Assembly: GCF_038025025.1 (NCBI RefSeq)
Contig: NW_027117338.1
Span: 744,001 to 808,000, forward strand
Reading direction: 5' to 3'
From: Phyllosticta citribraziliensis
Taxonomy: Eukaryota
Length of the DNA: 64,000 nt
Both the position numbers and the translations under genes were made by a program. The notes under the pieces were generated by a model that ran no database searches, was not told where the DNA came from, and saw only the letters and a list, made by a program, of their open reading frames with translations. This document shows positions 61,538-64,000 of the stretch, in pieces (the first letter of the stretch is position 1; each line of letters begins with the position of its first letter).

Positions 61538-63399
61538 TTACGAGGAGTTGCCCTCAATCACCAAAATCTTCTCGCTGGGTCCATACAGCAAGCCCATGAC
61601 CTTGGTCTTCTGCCGCTCGCGCACGCCGTGGAGGTACTCGTACGAGCCGTCGAGGCCCTTGATCTGGTCCTCGATTGCCAGGGTGCTTGACTCGTTGCTG
61701 CGCAGTAGGGGACTGATGAGGCGCTTGCGAAGCATCTCAAGGTTGCTCTTGAGTTGCTGAAGCTTCGCACGGTGATCGCCTAGAGCACCCTTGTTGAGCA
61801 GGGTGCGGGCGCGCAGCGATGCTAGCAACTGTCGGTTCTTTTCGTACTTGCGCAGGCGGGAAGCATTGGCCCCCATAAGCCGAGTCCACAGACTTGAAAG
61901 AAGGTCACCCTCTTCGCGTTCTTGCTGGTCAGTTTCGCGAAGCACGGTGCGCTGGAGATTTAGGAACTGGCGATCAATTGTCTCGTACAGGGCGAACAGG
62001 GCAGTGGAGGCTGTCAACTCATTATTGATGCTTTCCTCGAGGACGTTGAGGAATTCATTAAAGGTGCGCTGCAGCGTCGCCTTGGTTTGCTGCGGCTGAG
62101 TCTGGCCGAAAAGCTCCTTGACGACGGCTCCAATCGCCGTTGGCGCGCCGCCCGACGTCTCCAGGAGCCCTATCCGGGACAGCAGTCGGTGGACATTGCC
62201 GAACACGGACCCCAAAGTGCTGTCGGGCAGGGTCTGGATGTGCGCGAGTTCTCGCTTGGCCCAGTCCATGACTATGAGAATACTGCGCGGCGTCAGCATC
62301 ATTGGCCCGGGGTCAAGCCAGAGGTGCGACAAAAAATACCTGTCGACGTCCCCGTCTACGTTTGCAAAGAATTTGGTCAATTCTACCGAGAGGGTCTTGA
62401 GGCTTTCGCTCAGCTCGTCAAGTTCCTTAACTATGATGGGTGCCGATGTCATGTTCGTCAGGCGCACGCTTTCTCCGAGATCCCAGACCGCCACTCCCGT
62501 CTCTTGCAAGTCTCCTATTTGCGACACTCCGTTTTCGCTGTAGTAGATGAAGGGTTCAAAAGCCTTGGCGAGGCCCGCAACCTTCACGAGATCCGGGACG
62601 TGGCCTGCCTGGGGCGGTTGCAAAAGAAGGCGCAAGCCAAAGAGGGAGAGCAGTGCCACGAGCAAGGCCAACAACGTCGATGAACGCGACTTGAGAATCG
62701 AAGGAAAGTTGCCGTACAACCAGGAGCAAGCAGCCTCGTAAGGCTCGGTTCGATGCTGGACTTCTGCGCGCACGGCAAGGCGAATGTCTGCGTGGTCGGT
62801 TTAGCGCATGCGATTGCGCGTTGCACAGCGGGGCTATACGTACAGTTGTGCGCATGCGCGGCTATTCCATTAGGCTGCGCAGAATCATCCCTCCTCTTCT
62901 TGTCATGGCGAGGCGCAATCGCGCGTTGCGGCGTGTCGTCATTGTCTTCGCCGTCGTCTTCCTTGATGCGCGCATCGATACCAAAGTCGCGATCCGGACT
63001 GGTTCGCGGTGTCTGCTTCAACGGGCTTCTTGGGAGAGGAACTCTGGCGGCCATGGTCGCGTCGCCCTCGCCGGCGCTCTCGTACTGTGGGCTGGTTTCG
63101 CGCGATCGCGAGGGGCTGCCTGCGGCGAGGTGCTGTCGATACCAGCCGCTGCCGGCTTTGCGCCAGGCAGGCGGCGACCACGGACCGGCGCTGTCGGACT
63201 CGTCGGGCTCTGACTCCTCTGATCGAAAGCCCGAGTGGGTGGATGGGATGCCGAAGAAGGGGGAACGGTTGGCGCGGTGGTGTGCAATATCGACGTCGTA
63301 GCAGTCGTCGACGGAGCCGGCCAGCGAAGGGCGCGAGGCGAGTAAATCCTCAAGATCTTCGGTGCGCAAGGCAGTCATGCTGCCTCGATCGTAAAGCAT
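61538..63399 (-). CDS. Uncharacterised single-TM protein: disordered N-terminus, TM helix, long helical/coiled-coil C-terminus
   Basis: ORFs 62584..63399 and 61538..62773 join through a GTACGT...CAG intron to give AHN|YIRLAVRAEVQHRTEP. TM LLALLVALLSLFGLRLLL; second intron at 62283-62339. Confidence 0.85.
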
Positions 63400-64000
63400 G
63401 GATCGTCGGCGGGCTCTGGTGGTCGCAAAGGTCGAGGGGCTCTGGGATGGTGTTGCGGCGAATGCGGAGCGGGTCGCAAACGCAGCGGCGGGACTTGGCG
63501 GCGATCAGGTGGTTGTGGTGGTGGGAGCAGGGAGTCGAAAAGTCGCAGTCGTTGCAGAGGTAAGTCGGGATCAGTGTAGGAGCCCTATGAGGCATTGCAC
63601 AGCTCAAAGTTTCGAGTCGGAAGAGGATCTCGGGCGATAGGGCAACAGGTGGGTTGGAGACGTAGAGGGACGACTTGCGGGAGCTGTCGAGGTGACTTCT
63701 CTGGGACTAGGTGGGTGGCTGGGGCCGTGGTCCAATCAGCCGAGGGGCACACCCTTGCGTCTGTCCAAGGCGCTACACCTGCACCAACCCACCACGGTGC
63801 CCGTTCGGAATTCTCCCAGTCCAGCAGATGGGATAGGGGGCCCCGCTGTATTGACCGTAATCTTCCACTCGACTGTAAGCCACCGCCGCCCGTCGCCAAT
63901 GACGCTGCTGCACGCTGCCCAGGTGACTAACGGGCTCAAGCTGTAACATTGACCGCCGATCCGAACGAGGGGAAGCCCAGACGCGGCCGGCTCCCTCGTC

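Noticed and set aside
8900..62700. Numerous long antisense ORFs overlapping real genes in the ORF track
   Set aside because: Expected shadow ORFs from GC3-rich codon usage; no independent coding signal.

Overview
Intron-rich, GC-rich eukaryotic DNA from a filamentous ascomycete (Pezizomycotina; Dothideomycete-like is only an impression). I can support about 20 protein-coding genes, mostly housekeeping. In order: the 5' end of an 'MDPLS' HeLo/SesA-like gene cut by the left edge, an MFS sugar/inositol transporter, eisosome PIL1/LSP1, an ABCC (YBT1/BPT1-like) transporter, an OPT oligopeptide transporter, a USP-domain protein, an unannotated protein resembling Atg31, APC11, TUM1 sulfurtransferase, a lone cytochrome P450, a ~1100-aa protein with a Met-rich tail, TFIP11/NTR1, DSC2, a CM1 (centrosomin-motif) coiled-coil protein, ERG27, a 76-aa three-exon Cys/His microprotein alone in a ~10 kb gene-poor stretch, glycerol kinase GUT1, a DUF3429-like mitochondrial membrane protein, mitoribosomal RSM7, and a conserved-looking single-TM coiled-coil protein. 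I recognised no tRNA, rRNA, transposon, CRISPR array or secondary-metabolite backbone gene. The best leads are (1) an RSM7 precursor with a second, internal MPP-like cleavage site, possibly a two-protein mitochondrial polyprotein; (2) a candidate divergent Atg31 next to APC11; (3) the hidden Cys/His microprotein; (4) the HeLo-like N-terminus; and (5) the CM1 protein. All family assignments come from motifs read by eye; no database search was run.
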